Assembly: GCA_002269645.1 (NCBI GenBank)
Contig: NIVC01001343.1
Coordinates: 1 to 64,000, forward strand
Reading direction: 5' to 3'
DNA length: 64,000 nt
Origin: Macrostomum lignano
Taxonomy: Eukaryota
Shown: positions 12,341 to 25,496 of the stretch, piece after piece
Layout: the number at the start of each line of letters is the position of its first letter
How positions within the stretch are numbered: position 1 is the stretch's first letter
Position numbers and translations under genes: made by a program
Notes under the pieces: model-generated
The model's input: only the letters and a program-made list of their open reading frames with translations
Database searches by the model: none
Told to the model about the DNA's origin: nothing

Positions 12341-12995
12341 GAAGCCATCTAAGGGATCGAGGGAAAGAAGGAAGAAGGGAGAAAGAAGGGAGAGCCGTCT
12401 GCAGCATCGAGTCAAGCACCAGGATATACGGAACGGCGCCAGCGAATCTCCCTGAAGCACCTCACACTGCAGATAATGTCTCAAAAATGCATGCATCGAC
12501 GCGAGTATACACTATTCATGTACACTGAATCTGAATTGCATTGATTTGTAGCAATATGTCCTCGGCTAAACTGCATGTGCCCCTACCGCTGAAGTTTTGG
12601 GGCTCTTGTCTTAACTTTTGTGCCCCTATCTGAAGGTTCGTGGCCTCAGGTTTGGGGTAAGGGAAATAATTAAAGGTAAAATTATGGTCTCAAGGTAATG
12701 CCATGCACTGTCTTGAGGTCCGTGCTCAATGTTTTGAAATGCGATTCCATGCAATTGCCACCTGCAATTCAATAAAAAAAGTATAATTATAAATCAATCT
12801 ATACATGTACATTTTAACGACGAATCAAATATTACACCAATTAATCAAATTTATTTTGACGTTAATGTCTCCTCGCGAAAAGAGACCAATACAGTGTATA
12901 CATGTACAACCTAGTGAACGCAGCACTCAATTCCTATAGCTTAACTGGCAGAAATGTAAAAAACACGTCATAAAACACACATCGAAACAATCCGT

Positions 12996-13507
12996 TTAAA
13001 CATCGACCACGCACATTGCCCGCTGGAACCTGGCACAATGTCTGCATCGCCAGCTCAATCTGGCAAATTGGTCCATCGGAACCAAGCCACTGTGACCACC
13101 GCATAGACGGCAGATCAGAGCGAATTTGTCGTTATATTTTCCGGTGTTAGGCAGCATAATGTTTTCGGCGTCGTTAATGACGAATGCGCCGCAATCCATT
13201 AGCCAGGAAAGACACCGAAGCCAAACTGGCTGATTTGACTGACTTCTCATGTACAGGTGCACCCGGTTAGAGGTACATGAACTCATCAGCTGATTCTGAC
13301 TTCCCGGTTGCTTGATTTCGCTGTCGTCAGAATCGGCCCTGGCTACCGAAGCTTCGCTGCGATCATTGTTGCACTCTTTTTTACTATCGTGGTCCGCTAA
13401 TGTTAAACCAAAAGCGACTAATATAGCAAGGACACCAAGAACAACAGCCGCGACATCCGTGATGTAGCTAGTTAGTGATTCCTGCGGTGGTAATGGAATG
13501 ATTAAGC
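12996..13507 (-). CDS. Terminal exon of a lunapark-like protein (TM segment + C4 zinc ribbon)
   Basis: The frame is open from 13507 to the stop at 12996. Hydrophobic VAAVVLGVLAILVAFGLTLA, then KFALICRLCGGHSGLVPMDQFARLSWRCRHC resembling the lunapark zinc ribbon (RYALICxxCxxHNG...FRCxxC). The 5' splice junction is uncertain. Confidence 0.6.
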
Positions 13508-13540
13508 CTGATACAGATTGAATTGGAAAGTAGTTATTGC

Positions 13541-13915
<375 letters not shown>

Positions 13916-14178
13916 TGCGTAATTATGCTCGCACGTAGATAAAACAATGCGGATTACAAGACTATTGTCGACTTACATGCTAAATATAGCATTGTATACG
14001 GCTCGTATGATTGATAGTTTGTGGTCAAGGTTTAAAATCGTGACGCCAAGCAAGAATATGCCCATTAATTGACAAATGCTCAAACATGCACTGCATGGAA
14101 ACAATATTTGAGCTCAGCTTTGACCTTAAAAAATTCATGAATGCAGAGTTTGATAGTTAAACTCAGCTGCTGGAGGTC

Positions 14179-14474
14179 ATGGCTCATCAACCATGCCCCA
14201 GCCAAAGTCATGGCTCAAGCACAGCACCTGACAGATGCTCTGAAATTGTCAGAACTTTTCTTGTCAACCGACTGACTGACTTCACTGAGCGCCGAGCCTC
14301 TGTCCAGCTGATCCTGCTGAGAGTCATAGAAGTGGCCAAAACAAAGGAAACTAATTTTTACAAAAGCAAAAACAAAAGCAACAGCCGAGTGGAAGAGCAA
14401 GTGGAAGTGTTGTCCAGTGCCGAAGAAAACCAAACAACAACAAGTGATGCAGTGAAGTCGGGTAACTGCACAGG
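14179..14474 (+). CDS. Putative exon 1 of an unidentified protein
   Basis: ATG-initiated, protein-like ORF ending at donor gg|gtgagt (phase 2); no family recognised. Confidence 0.45.
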
Positions 14475-14506
14475 GTGAGTTGATATTGCAAAAATATGGA
14501 CTTTTT

Positions 14507-14529
14507 ATGTCTGTCTGTCTGTCTGTGAC

Positions 14530-14580
<51 letters not shown>

Positions 14581-14617
14581 GTGTCTGTCTGTCTGTCTGT
14601 CTGTCTGTGTGTCTTAG

Positions 14618-14664
<47 letters not shown>

Positions 14665-14678
14665 ATGTCTGTATGTCC

Positions 14679-14749
<71 letters not shown>

Positions 14750-14750
14750 A

Positions 14751-14809
<59 letters not shown>

Positions 14810-14880
14810 ATGTATGTCTGTATGTCCTGTCTGTCTGTCTCTCTGTCTGTCTGTCTGTCTTTTTGCCTGTGTGTGTCTGT
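14507..14880. repeat. (GTCT)n microsatellite, intronic
   Basis: Read directly. Confidence 0.97.
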
Positions 14881-14966
14881 CTTCTTAGTGTCTGTCTTGT
14901 CTGCATCTGCTGGGCCCAACTGTTCCGATATCTAGACATGCTCATCCATCTCTATAAACCTGGCAG

Positions 14967-15426
14967 GTGCCCCAGCTCCAGTAGTCCAGCGCGACCCATT
15001 GTCTACGCACCATCAGCCGTGCTGCAAGCGGCACATTCCTCAACTATTAACCTGAATGGGAGAAATTTTCTGGATCCTTATCGACAGCCAGTTCTCCCAC
15101 AGCCTCCATTGGTCCCGGCTTGTCCTACAAACTGGTACATAGCCAACATTGAGACCAAACTCTGCACTCTAATGAGAATAATGTCCTGCGTTCACAGTCA
15201 AACAGTTGCTATGCTGGGAAACTCGTCGGATAACAAGCAGGTTTTGGACCTGATGAACTCGGTTCCAGATCCCACAATCATCGCTTTACATCAGAGACAA
15301 TCGCAGGCTTCAGCATGGAGACCAATATTCATGTCCATGAAAGTTGACTTTCTATTGCAAGTGTCGACTCTGATATTGGGTAACACGCGGAGACTCCGTC
15401 CATGTTTCATTACAGAGCCTGACTAA
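14967..15426 (+). CDS. Putative exon 2 of the unidentified protein
   Basis: The acceptor ggcag|g gives phase 2, matching the 14474 donor; frame open to TAA at 15426 ([10 protein letters not shown]...CFITEPD). Confidence 0.45.
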
Positions 15427-15672
15427 TATAGTGTTAATTTCTAATCGTCAAACTCTTATGCGATAAAATCATACTCAATATATTCGTGGATATTTGCTTA
15501 TGCAATAAAAATAGCGTGGTTTTGTTATACCAAACAGTCGTTACTTGGTTGTTATTTCATATTTGAATGCACTCTTATTTCGTAGAGACAAGTTTCGTAT
15601 GCGAGTACAGTTTGATAACGCCGACTTTTCACTTAAAACAATGTATGTTTTTTGTTTAACAATGTTCCCTCC

Positions 15673-15693
15673 TTTTGGCGCGAATTTAAATTC
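15673..15693 (+). promoter_or_regulatory. CDE/CHR-like (E2F + LIN54/DREAM) composite motif
   Basis: TTTTGGCGCGAATTTAAATTC fits B-SSSS-NNNN-TTYRAA; two near-identical copies at 26761 and 27021. Confidence 0.4.
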
Positions 15694-16759
15694 AGCTTAG
15701 TTTACCAAACAATATGAGTGTACAATTGTCAGTTAAACATGTACTAATTCATTTTTGAAATCTCCAGTAGCTTTAGAAAAGATTTTTTTTAAATAGTTAA
15801 GATTTCGAGAGAATATGTCAATCACACTCGTCTCACCGTATTTTCCATTGATTGATCCGTCTCGACCCGTCCCGACAGACGTTCCTTTTCCAGAGGCGAC
15901 TAGATTCTTGCGCGGATTATAGCGATATTTTATAGACCTACAGGTTTACTTTGGATGCTAACAATTCCATAGATTAGAAGAGTATCGTACGCTTTAAGGC
16001 TCTTTTTGGCCATAGACATTTCAACAGAACCGCCTTAAATCTTTTTTACTCTCTGGAGACTCCTACAGACTGGGTACATGCAGTTTGCAGTTTTCTCATC
16101 AATGCATACCCATGCAGTCTATGGTAAAAGTCCATCTTGCCAAAGCTGAATAGATTTTCACATATCTTCTGTTGATGATGAGAAAAGTGCAGCTTATTTG
16201 CCTGGTAGTAGCTCGTATATTGCTTTTGTCAGGCAGGTTAAGCCAACAAAGTTAAGAATTCCTATTTAGCAGCAGTATATATTCAGTCTTCCCCATAGAC
16301 ATAGACATAAAAACAGCAAGTTTAGTTAATAATTCGGCCACAGACATCGGCACAAAGAGGGACGCCAGCAGCCCCGCTCATAGACACATGCACACACACG
16401 CACACACACGATTTTCAAAACAATTAAATTATGCTTATGGGTCCAACTTCCATGCAGTAAGGAATTATGCAATTAATTTTAGACTGAATGCTCTGCACCT
16501 GTGCAGCTCTTTTAAGCGTCGAAAGAGGAACTGCTTCGCTTAATTACTTTAGCCGTTATAATGGCTTTCTGACAGACGACAATACACGTCGGGGGGGGGG
16601 GATTTTTACGAGTTTGACAGCTGCGAGGCCAACTTTCAATGAGAGCTGCTCACAGCTACCTCAAACTAATGGTTAATATTTTGCCTGGCTCAACAACCCA
16701 TATCGCGTGGCTGAACCATCTCTTTAGGATGGTTAATTTTTTAAGTGTGACATCTCGAA

Positions 16760-17380
16760 GGCCAAGGCTGGCTCGACCGGTTCTTTTACTGGTTTCCTGC
16801 CCGTGGCCCCCACTCGGATCAACCAATGGGTGGCTTCAAAGCACAGGGAGAGGTGGGCTTAACGCCCCGACTGCCGGCAATCCCGCGCGACTGTCCCCCG
16901 TCCTTCCTCCGCCCTGCGCAAGGCCCTACTTGTACTCAACCGCAGGGACATCAGGGCGGTGACCATGGCCCTTTCGGATCAGGGCTGTTTTTCCAGGCAT
17001 CGCCACCTCCAGGGAAAAATTCGCAGCAAGGAATGCCCCTTCTGCTTCTCCGGTGTCGAGAATGCGGAGCACTTCATCTGTGAATGCCCCACCTTTATTC
17101 AGGACAGGCTCACCTACCTCGGCCCAAACCCGGACCTCTCCGACGTTTTCAGGCCCGAGAATCTCTGCCAGCTCGTCCGCTACCTAAGGGCTACCGGGCA
17201 AGCGACAATCCACCTCCTGGACTGTCCGGAGGAGGACCGCGCTGCGGACACCGGCACCCTGCGCGACACCGCAGCATCAGCTGCCTGCGGTCGCCAGAGG
17301 TTAGCGAAATGGGCGCGGCAACGCCTCCTCGCTGCATCCGGATGCGCTGAACCCCCTACAGCTAAGTCAAGCTAAGTCAA
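16760..17380 (+). mobile_element. 5'-truncated non-LTR retrotransposon (I/R1-group-like 3' end with CCHC knuckle)
   Basis: [39 protein letters not shown] is a typical ORF2 C-terminal zinc knuckle. 13-bp TSD GTGACATCTCGAA at 16747-16759 and 17381-17393; tandem (AGCTAAGTCA)2 tail. Confidence 0.85.
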
Positions 17381-17760
17381 GTGACATCTCGAAAAAATGA
17401 CTAAGTTAGACTTCAGGAAGAGTTGCTAACTTAGCGATAAGTAGAAAATAAGGAAACCGTGCAAATAAAAAACTAATTATCAACATTTTGTAATTTATAA
17501 CATTGCGACGCGTTTCGATCACCATTGATCATTCTCAAGCAAATCTTAGTTATATTTGAAAACGAAAAGGAGTTTAAACGACGACATTTGCATGGTTTTA
17601 TTTGCATGGTTGTTAAAGCGATCAACTTTACCTCAATAAAGAAACCGAGTGTCAATATTAAAGGTTTCGACAGTTTCAGACTCAGGGGAGCAGCGTTAGA
17701 TTCATAGTATGTGACGAGAGAATAGACAAACAAATCGATATGTTACTGGTAACAGTAAAA

Positions 17761-18172
17761 CTACCAAGGGGGAATCCTTTCCGCCAATTTGTTTGCTGCT
17801 TCAAAAAGGAGCAACGCAGGCGCACGAAATTCAACAACACAGGCAAACTTTCTGTTGCGCACCTTCTCAAACAAGAATCACGTCGCCAGCCCTCCGGACC
17901 GTCGAGATATTCAACGATTCTGCCGGAAAGTCGGATTTTTCCCATAAGAGCTAGTGTATTCAGTGCACTCCTGTGGCGCCAATCAGCACTGCGCCTCAGT
18001 GCAGCCTTGCCAAGCCTCTGAATTTCATCAGCACGTCGACCACATGTGTCTGCATCAGCTCTGACTTCGTTGGTCACTGGCCTTCACTCAGACGGAACTT
18101 CTGGACCTTCAACAGGTGCTACAAGGTGACTATGGTCATCCTATTGGAAGTTCTCAAGTTTCGCTGATCAAG
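17761..18172 (+). repeat. Dispersed ~420-bp repeat family, copy 1
   Basis: Shares blocks (CACGAAATTCAA, CCTCCGGACCGTC, GCGCCAATCAGCAC, TCTGCATCAGCT) with 45684-46070 (+) and 46075-46511 (-). Confidence 0.8.
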
Positions 18173-18795
18173 CCTCCTCAGTGGCAAATCTCTCAAGCAT
18201 TTCGTCATCCCCCTCATTCCTTCGTCATCCCTTCAGTGGGTGGCAACGTGTGGAAAAAGAACTCAGTATTCCTACTGTTAAACACAGTATCAATTATTTG
18301 AGGATTTAGAACAGAATTTATTTGGTTTTAGGTGGGTAAGAATTCTTAATAAGGGTCAGAATCAGTCACATTTATTACATAATTACTTATTAGAAATGAA
18401 AAAATCTAAACTTATATCAGTCAGTGAGCTGGCGGGGTGCATGCACAAAGAAACTGCTTCTGTTAGGTAAATCAGTTTTAAACAGTTTAATGCATCCGAT
18501 GCGAATTGCGCATTGACCGCACAAAACACGAAAAGATAACCAATAAAAAGGGTAAAATATTCGTGATAAGAATCGGTTTTTGATATTGGTTTTTGCTATT
18601 TACATATTTCTAAGTAGCATAAACATCTAGCCTTAGGACTTTAAACAGGGCAACAATCAAGTTGATCAGGCCAACAATCAAGTTAGACAGGCCGACAATC
18701 ACGTCAAACAGGGCAACAATAAAGACTGAGACTCTTCAACTATAAAGTCAGGGAGAGAATCATGTTTAACAAAAAACCGGATACTTTCCGCATCA

Positions 18796-19010
18796 TCAGC
18801 AGGCGACGCCAGCAGCCAGCAGCCGCATCACCACCCGGCCCTGCTCGCTGCCCGAGTTGCCGCCAGCTACGGCGGTGCAGTCGACGCCGCCGCAAAATGA
18901 GCCACCGCCGCCGCCAGCGTGGCCGTAATTGACTTCGGCGCCGCCGCCGCTAAAGCCGCCTCCGGCGCCAGCCGGATCAGACATCACCCTCCGAGGGGCA
19001 CCCGCCCTAG
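18796..19010 (-). CDS. Last exon of the PAN-like/glycine-rich gene (C-terminal part of an ALK/LTK-type Gly-rich domain)
   Basis: GAGGGFSGGG...GGGGGSFC...GGNSGSEQGRVVMRLL matches the domain's C-terminal pattern; the acceptor phase does not match the upstream donor. Confidence 0.6.
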
Positions 19011-19429
19011 ATGAAGAATGGGTAGCTTGGGTCGTGGTTGGTCGGTCCGATAGCAAGGTCACACTGTTCTAATCCCAACTATGGACGCCAAAGAGTTTTG
19101 AAGGGTAGGGACTGCTTAAAGTAGTTCTACGTTATTAAACCTTAAATCTCTTTACGACCTGCTCACCCAGCTTCTGTGTTTGTATCCTTGCATCCCTAGC
19201 ATTCTACTCACTAGCCTGAATGCTTAAAGGATTATTAAATCAAAGTAGGACAACTGGGTTATGATTTTCACATCTGCACATACTAATACTCGTGAATGAA
19301 TGATTGACTTATTGCAAAGCGGGATGGGGATCCCGATGGTCCATCCCTGGTCTTTCGAATCCCGGACAATTGTGATTGGCCTACTCAAAATCCCGGGATT
19401 AAGAATTCAGGGATCCCGGGATTTGTCAC

Positions 19430-19773
19430 CTGAATTCCTCCTCGAAACGCCGTCGCCGCCGCCGGCCACCAGGTGCAGCTGCTCATCGCTCGCTCCGTAC
19501 ACGAAGCTGCCACCGCCACCGCCGCAGCCAGCCATCGAGGGGACTGCCGGACGGCCTGCCTGACCGACCACGACTGACAGCCGCGACCCGCCAGTCAGAT
19601 TGAAGCTGCCAGCCGCTGATGCACCTCTGCCGCCTTACTTTGCTATAGGCAGCGTTGTCACCTCCGGCTCCTCCGAAGGCCTCGATGCGATAGCAGCCGG
19701 TGATGTTGATCGTCAGTTGCTGGATGGTCCCGTTGCGACCAGTGCTGGAGTCTGGGAGAGGTAATTTTATGAC
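19430..19773 (-). pseudogene. Exon encoding the N-terminal half of an ALK/LTK-type Gly-rich domain, with a +1 frameshift at ~19635
   Basis: GTIQQLTINITGCYRIEAFGGAGG, then in a shifted frame GGRGASAAGSFNLTGGSRLSVVVGQAG...GGGGGSFV...LHLVAGGG. Donor gtgaca at 19429. Confidence 0.65.
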
Positions 19774-19829
19774 CTTGCTGGTTGACAGACACAGAACCAA
19801 TTCTTGCAACCAATGGCGGACCACCAAGT

Positions 19830-20985
19830 CTGGATTCTGGCTTCCCTATGAGTCTGGCTTCCCTATGAGTCTGGCTTCCCTATGAGTCTGACTTCCCTAT
19901 GAGTCTGGCTTCCCAATGAGTCTGGCTTCCCAATGAATCTGGCTTCCCTATGAGTCTGGCTTCCCTATGAGTCTGACTTCCCAATGAGTCTGGCTTCCAT
20001 ATGAGTCTGGCTTCCCTATAAGTCTGGCTTCCCAATGAGTCTGGCTTCCCTATGAGTCTGGCTTCCATATGAGTCTGGCTTCCCTATGAGTCTGGCTTCC
20101 ATATGAGTCTGGCTTCCCTATGAGTCTGGCTTCCCAATGAGTCTGGCTTTCCTATGAGTCTGGCTTCCCAATGAGTCTGGCTTCCCAATGAGTCTGGCTT
20201 CCCTATGAGTCTGGCTTCCCTATAAATCTGGCTTCCCTATGAGTCTGGCTTCCCAATGAGTCTGGCTTCCCAATGAGTCTGGCTTCCATATGAGTCTGGC
20301 TTCCCTATGAGTCTGACTTCCCAATGAGTCTGGCTTCCGAATGAGTCTGGCTTCCGATTGAGTCTGGCTTCCATATGAGTCTGGCTTCCCTATGAGTCTG
20401 GCTTCCCAATGAGTCTGGCTTCCCTATGAGTCTGGCTTCCCTATGAGTCTGGCTTCCCTATGAGTCTGGCTTCCCAATGAGTCTGGCTTCCATATGAGTC
20501 TGGCTTCCCTATGAGTCTGGCTTCCCTATGAGTCTGGCTTCCCTATGAGTCTGGCTTCCCTATGAGTCTGGCTTCCCTATGAGTCTGGCTTCCCTATGAG
20601 TCTGACTTCCCAATGAGTCTGGCTTCCGAATGAGTCTGGCTTCCGATTGAGTCTGGCTTCCATATGAGTCTGGCTTCCCTATGAGTCTGGCTTCCATATG
20701 AGTCTGGCTTCCCTATGAGTCTGGCTTCCCTATGAGTCTGGCTTCCCTATGAGTCTGGCTTCCCAATGAGTCTGGCTTCCATATGAGTCTGGCTTCCCTA
20801 TGAGTCTGGCTTCCCTATGAGTCTGGCTTCCCTATGAGTCTGGCTTCCCTATGAGTCTGGCTTCCCTATGAGTCTGGCTTCCCTATGAGTCTGGCTTCCC
20901 TATGAGTCTGACTTCCCTATGAGTCTGGCTTCCCAATGAGTCTGGCTTCCCTATGAGTCTGGCCGGCTTCTCTATGAGTCTGGCT
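19830..20985. repeat. 17-bp minisatellite (CCCTATGAGTCTGGCTT), ~68 copies, intronic
   Basis: Unit read directly; 17-aa (51-nt) periodicity in the ORF track. Confidence 0.97.
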
Positions 20986-21128
20986 TCGGGTCTTTGACCC
21001 GATGTGAAAGTGAAATTGAGACAATTTAAAATAAATTTGATACTGAATTCACTCACTTGACAGAAGGATGGTGAAATTCTTTGGCTGCCTCTGCTGCACT
21101 GTCTGCTCAAAGTCAGCACCTTCCACAC

Positions 21129-21443
21129 CTGCAGCTCGCCAGTCGAGCTGTTGCCGAACCGCCTGGCTACGTGAGTTCCCGGTGGTCCCAGCTGCTTCGA
21201 GGCGTCATTGATGAAGAGCAGCTCGCAGAAGCCCAATCTGCTAGCAGCAGCTGCAGCGCAGTTTCTCTCTGAGCACTGCAGCAGGCAGTCAGTAGCTGAG
21301 CGCATGCGGCTTAGAGAGATGACCTCACTGCTGGAGGCGTCCGTTAGCTCGACTGGCTGCTCAGAGGCGGTGAAACTGTTAGGATCGGGCTGCACTGCCC
21401 CTGCTGGGAGCAGGGCTGGAATGGTGGCATTGCAGATATAGAT
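21129..21443 (-). CDS. Exon with a PAN/apple-like Cys motif, upstream part of the Gly-rich gene
   Basis: 315-nt open exon between tgtag| and |gtgtgg (phase 0/0); RSATDCLLQCSERNCAAAAASRLGFCELL has PAN-like cysteine spacing. Confidence 0.55.
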
Positions 21444-21450
21444 CTACATA

Positions 21451-21838
<388 letters not shown>

Positions 21839-22763
21839 AACTATTTACTTACTTACTTACTTACTTTTTGTCGAAGTAAGGGTTAATTAGCATGGCACAG
21901 ATTTTAAATTGTTCCTTGCATAAAAACGTTAGTTCTGCGTGTAGGAAACAACATGGATTTGCTCAAAAAAATTCTATTTTGTAACCATGGTAATATTTGT
22001 TAAACTGCTTACAGACAGTTTCTCTTATTTTTAACTTGACTTTTAGGATTACAATTTTCGTCAACCTAGGTTCTAAACATATGGCTAATGTGCTAGATTT
22101 TTTTATTGGATTGGGTTCAACTAATTACTAGTTTATGCTTTTTTAACTAATTCAGACTCAAGGTGCTTAAGTATTTTTTGGTTTTCTTGACAAGTCAATT
22201 GATTGTGATAAGCTCTACGATATAGTTAATTACATAGTGAAGCGAATCGTGAAGCGGCATGGAAGATTTTATAGATTTTAACAGGAAAAGACATATGTAT
22301 AGAACAATTATTTTCTTTTTTTATTCATGTTAACTTCGACTGGACATAGTAAAAGCTATAAGTATTGTAGACGTATTTAGGTACAGTTAATAGTAGTATA
22401 AAAAAATAACTTTAACTTAAGATCAATACGCGTTTCCAGATTTTATTAATAATAGAAGGCTAAAAACGTATAAGTAATACTATTTATTTTGGCTTCAGGT
22501 TTTATTTTTCATTATTCAACTTTTTAAAAGTAAATCAGATTTTGTTTTTTATTAAATATTTTTTAATAATAATATACTGTGCATGTATTTATACAATAGA
22601 AAGAATTGAGCAGATTTTTTATTCATTTTTAATTAATTAAGATTGACTTTCAATTGTTAAATGTCCATCAGTTTTTATTTTGCTATTGGGTGGAATTTTG
22701 TTCCATATTCCTACATTGAATTTTAATAACCTATTAACATTCATGCCACAATAATAAGCACTC

Positions 22764-22884
22764 ATGTCAGACAGCGCAGAAGTGCATGAGCCTCCATCTG
22801 ATGACTATTCCATAAGAGATGACCAGCTAGCTGCTATGGAAGAGTTGGACAGACTTCAGAAAGTCAGTCCAAATGATTGGAATG
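22764..22884 (+). CDS. CCDC181: CCDC181 exon 1 (putative)
   Basis: ATG, acidic MSDSAEVHEPPSDDYSIRDDQL..., donor g|gtaggt phase 1; chains in phase to the downstream exons. Confidence 0.6.
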
Positions 22885-23012
22885 GTAGGTCAGACACATG
22901 CTAGAGTCATTAGTACTGTGCATCATGGGATGCAGCCTAGTTTTAAATTGTTAATCTGTGTGCGCTTTTAAAATGTATTCTGATGTATAAATTACAACAT
23001 CTCATTTTTTAG

Positions 23013-23048
23013 ATGAGAGAGATCAACAGTACTACCAACTGGTACTAG
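23013..23048 (+). CDS. CCDC181: CCDC181 36-nt exon 2 (putative)
   Basis: ttttttag| ... |gtaaac, phase 1/1, reads (D)ERDQQYYQLVL. Confidence 0.55.
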   Translation: MREINSTTNWY

Positions 23049-23094
23049 GTAAACAGGCCCAGCTTGCTTGTCCTGTGTCATAGTGTTACTATTA

Positions 23095-24737
23095 GAAGTG
23101 TCAGATGACAACCATATATAGCAAGTGTCAGACATCAGTGTAGCCAAGTGTCAGACAACAGTGTAGCAAGTGTCAGACATCAGTGTAACTAAGTGTCAGA
23201 CAGCAGTGTAGCAAGTGTCAGACATCAGTGTAACTAAGAATCAGACAGCAGTGTAGCAAGTGTCAGACATCAGCGTAGCAAGTGTCAGACATTAGTGTAG
23301 CCAAGTGTCAGACAACAGTGTAGCAAGTGTCAGACATTAGTGTAACCAAGTGTCAGACAGCAGTGTAGCAAGTGTCAGACATCAGTGTAGAAAGTGTCAG
23401 ACAGCAGTGTAGCAAGTGTCAGACATCAGTATAGAAAGTGTCAGACATCAGTGTAGAAAGTGTCAGACATCAGTGTAGAAAGTGTCAGATAACAGTGTAG
23501 TAAGTGTCTGACAACAGTGTAGCAAGTGTCAGACATCAGTGTAGTAAGTGTCAGACATCAGTGTAGCAAGTGTCAGACATCAGTGTAGCAAGTGGCAGAC
23601 ATTAGTGTAGCAAGTGACAGACATTAGTGTAGCAAGTGGCAGACATCAGTGTAGCAAGTGACAGACATTAGTGTAGCAAGTGTCAGACATCAGTGTAGTA
23701 AGTGTCAGACATCAGTGTAGCAAGTGTCAGACATCAGTGTAGCAAGTGGCAGACATCAGTGTAGTAAGTGTCAGACATCAGTGTAGCAAGTGTCAGACAT
23801 CAGTGTAGCAAGTGGCAGACATTAGTGTAGCAAGTGTCAGACAGCAGTGTAGCAAGTGGCAGACATCAGTGTAGTAAGTGTCAGACATCAGTGTAGTAAG
23901 TGTCAGACATCAGTGTAGCAAGTGTCAGACAACAGTGTAGCAAGTTTCAGACATCAGTGTAGCAAGTGGCAGACATTAGTGTAGCAAGTGGCAGACATCA
24001 GTGTAGTAAGTGTCAGACATCAGTGTAGCAAGTGGCAGACATTAGTGTAGCAAGTGTCAGACAACAGTGTAGCAAGTTTCAGACATCAGTGTAGCAAGTG
24101 GCAGACATTAGTGTAGCAAGTGTCAGACAGCAGTGTAGCAAGTGTCAGACAGCAGTGTAGCAAGTTTCAGACATCAGTGTAGCAAGTGTCAGACATCAGT
24201 GTAGCAAGTGTCAGACATCAGTGTAGCAAGTGTCAGACATCAGTGTAGCAAGTGTCAGACAGCAGTGTAGCAAGTGTCAGACAGCAGTGTAGCAAGTGTC
24301 AGACATCAGTGTAGCAAGTGTCAGACAGCAGTGTAGCAAGTGTCAGACAGCAGTGTAGCAAGTGTCAGACAGCAGTGTAGCAAGTGTCAGACATCAGTGT
24401 AGCAAGTGTCAGACAGCAGTGTAGCAAGTGTCAGACAGCAGTGTAGCAAGTGTCAGACAGCAGTGTAGCAAGTGGCAGACATTAGTGTAGCAAGTGTCAG
24501 ACAACAGTGTAGCAAGTGTCAGACATCAGTGTAGCAAGTGTCAGACAGCAGTGTAGCAAGTGTCAGACATCAGTGTAGCAAGTGTCAGACAGCAGTGTAG
24601 CAAGTGTCAGACAGCAGTGTAGCAAGTGTCAGACAGCAGTGTAGCAAGTGGCAGACATTAGTGTAGCAAGTGTCAGACAACAGTGTAGCAAGTGTCAGAC
24701 ATCAGTGTAGCAAGTGTCAGACAGCAGTGTAGCAAGT
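23095..24737. repeat. 22-bp minisatellite (GTGTAGCAAGTGTCAGACATCA), ~75 copies, filling a CCDC181 intron
   Basis: Unit read directly; occupies ~1640 of the intron's ~1700 bp. Confidence 0.97.
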
Positions 24738-24755
24738 CCATGTAATGAACCACAG

Positions 24756-25229
24756 AGCCACCAGCGGACTACGAGGAGACGGTAGCCAGGCTGGAGACTC
24801 TCAACGCCGAGCTTCAACGGGAGCCGACACCGCCACCAGCTGAAAAGCGACCATCCAGAATCAGATTCAGCGAGCAGCTGGTCCAAGTAGCTCCTTCGCC
24901 GTCGCCTCCGCCGACTACTCAGGACGACAAGTCGTCAACGCCAAGGGACTTCGTTCCGGACTCCGTAGATGACGATACTGATCCATCAACCGAAGGCGAT
25001 GCAGCCGACGATCAGTCTGTGACTGTTGACAGCCATTACGGTGGCAGGAATAATGTCCAAATGGACGACATGAATTGCCAAGACGCTTCATCATTGAGAT
25101 CGGCTTCGCCTGAAGTGGAGAGAAACTCCGCTACAAGGGAAGTGGATGATGATAACAATGCTAAATCAACTGGTGACGACCGCGGACACGAGAAGCCTTC
25201 GACAACGAATAGGAAGGGTCGGACTATGG
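24756..25229 (+). CDS. CCDC181: CCDC181 exon 3 (3' boundary uncertain)
   Basis: ARLETLNAELQREP...KRPSRIRFSEQLVQV resembles recalled human EKIVQANKLLQNQEP...RKLKFKDQLVDL. Acceptor ccacag|. Confidence 0.7.
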
Positions 25230-25496
25230 GTAGGAACTGACATTTTTGTTTACGACTTGCTTCGCTTAGAGATCTTAACAGTCAGGGGTTTGAATTGGGC
25301 TTGAGGGTTGGACCAATCATGGCTGTGAATCGGACGACAACTTCCTCAGCCAATTTTCGTGCACACAAGGTCCAAATGAATGTCGAAATCACTAGCTCAG
25401 AGGACAGTTAAGCTTGTCAATGTCACATCAGATCATCAGCTCTAACTTTTGCTGCAAAAAATGATCTCGAGACATAACTCCCCAACATTTGCAAAG

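Noticed and set aside
15900-16330. Possible coding segment
   Set aside because: All frames checked close within ~60 codons and show no recognisable similarity.
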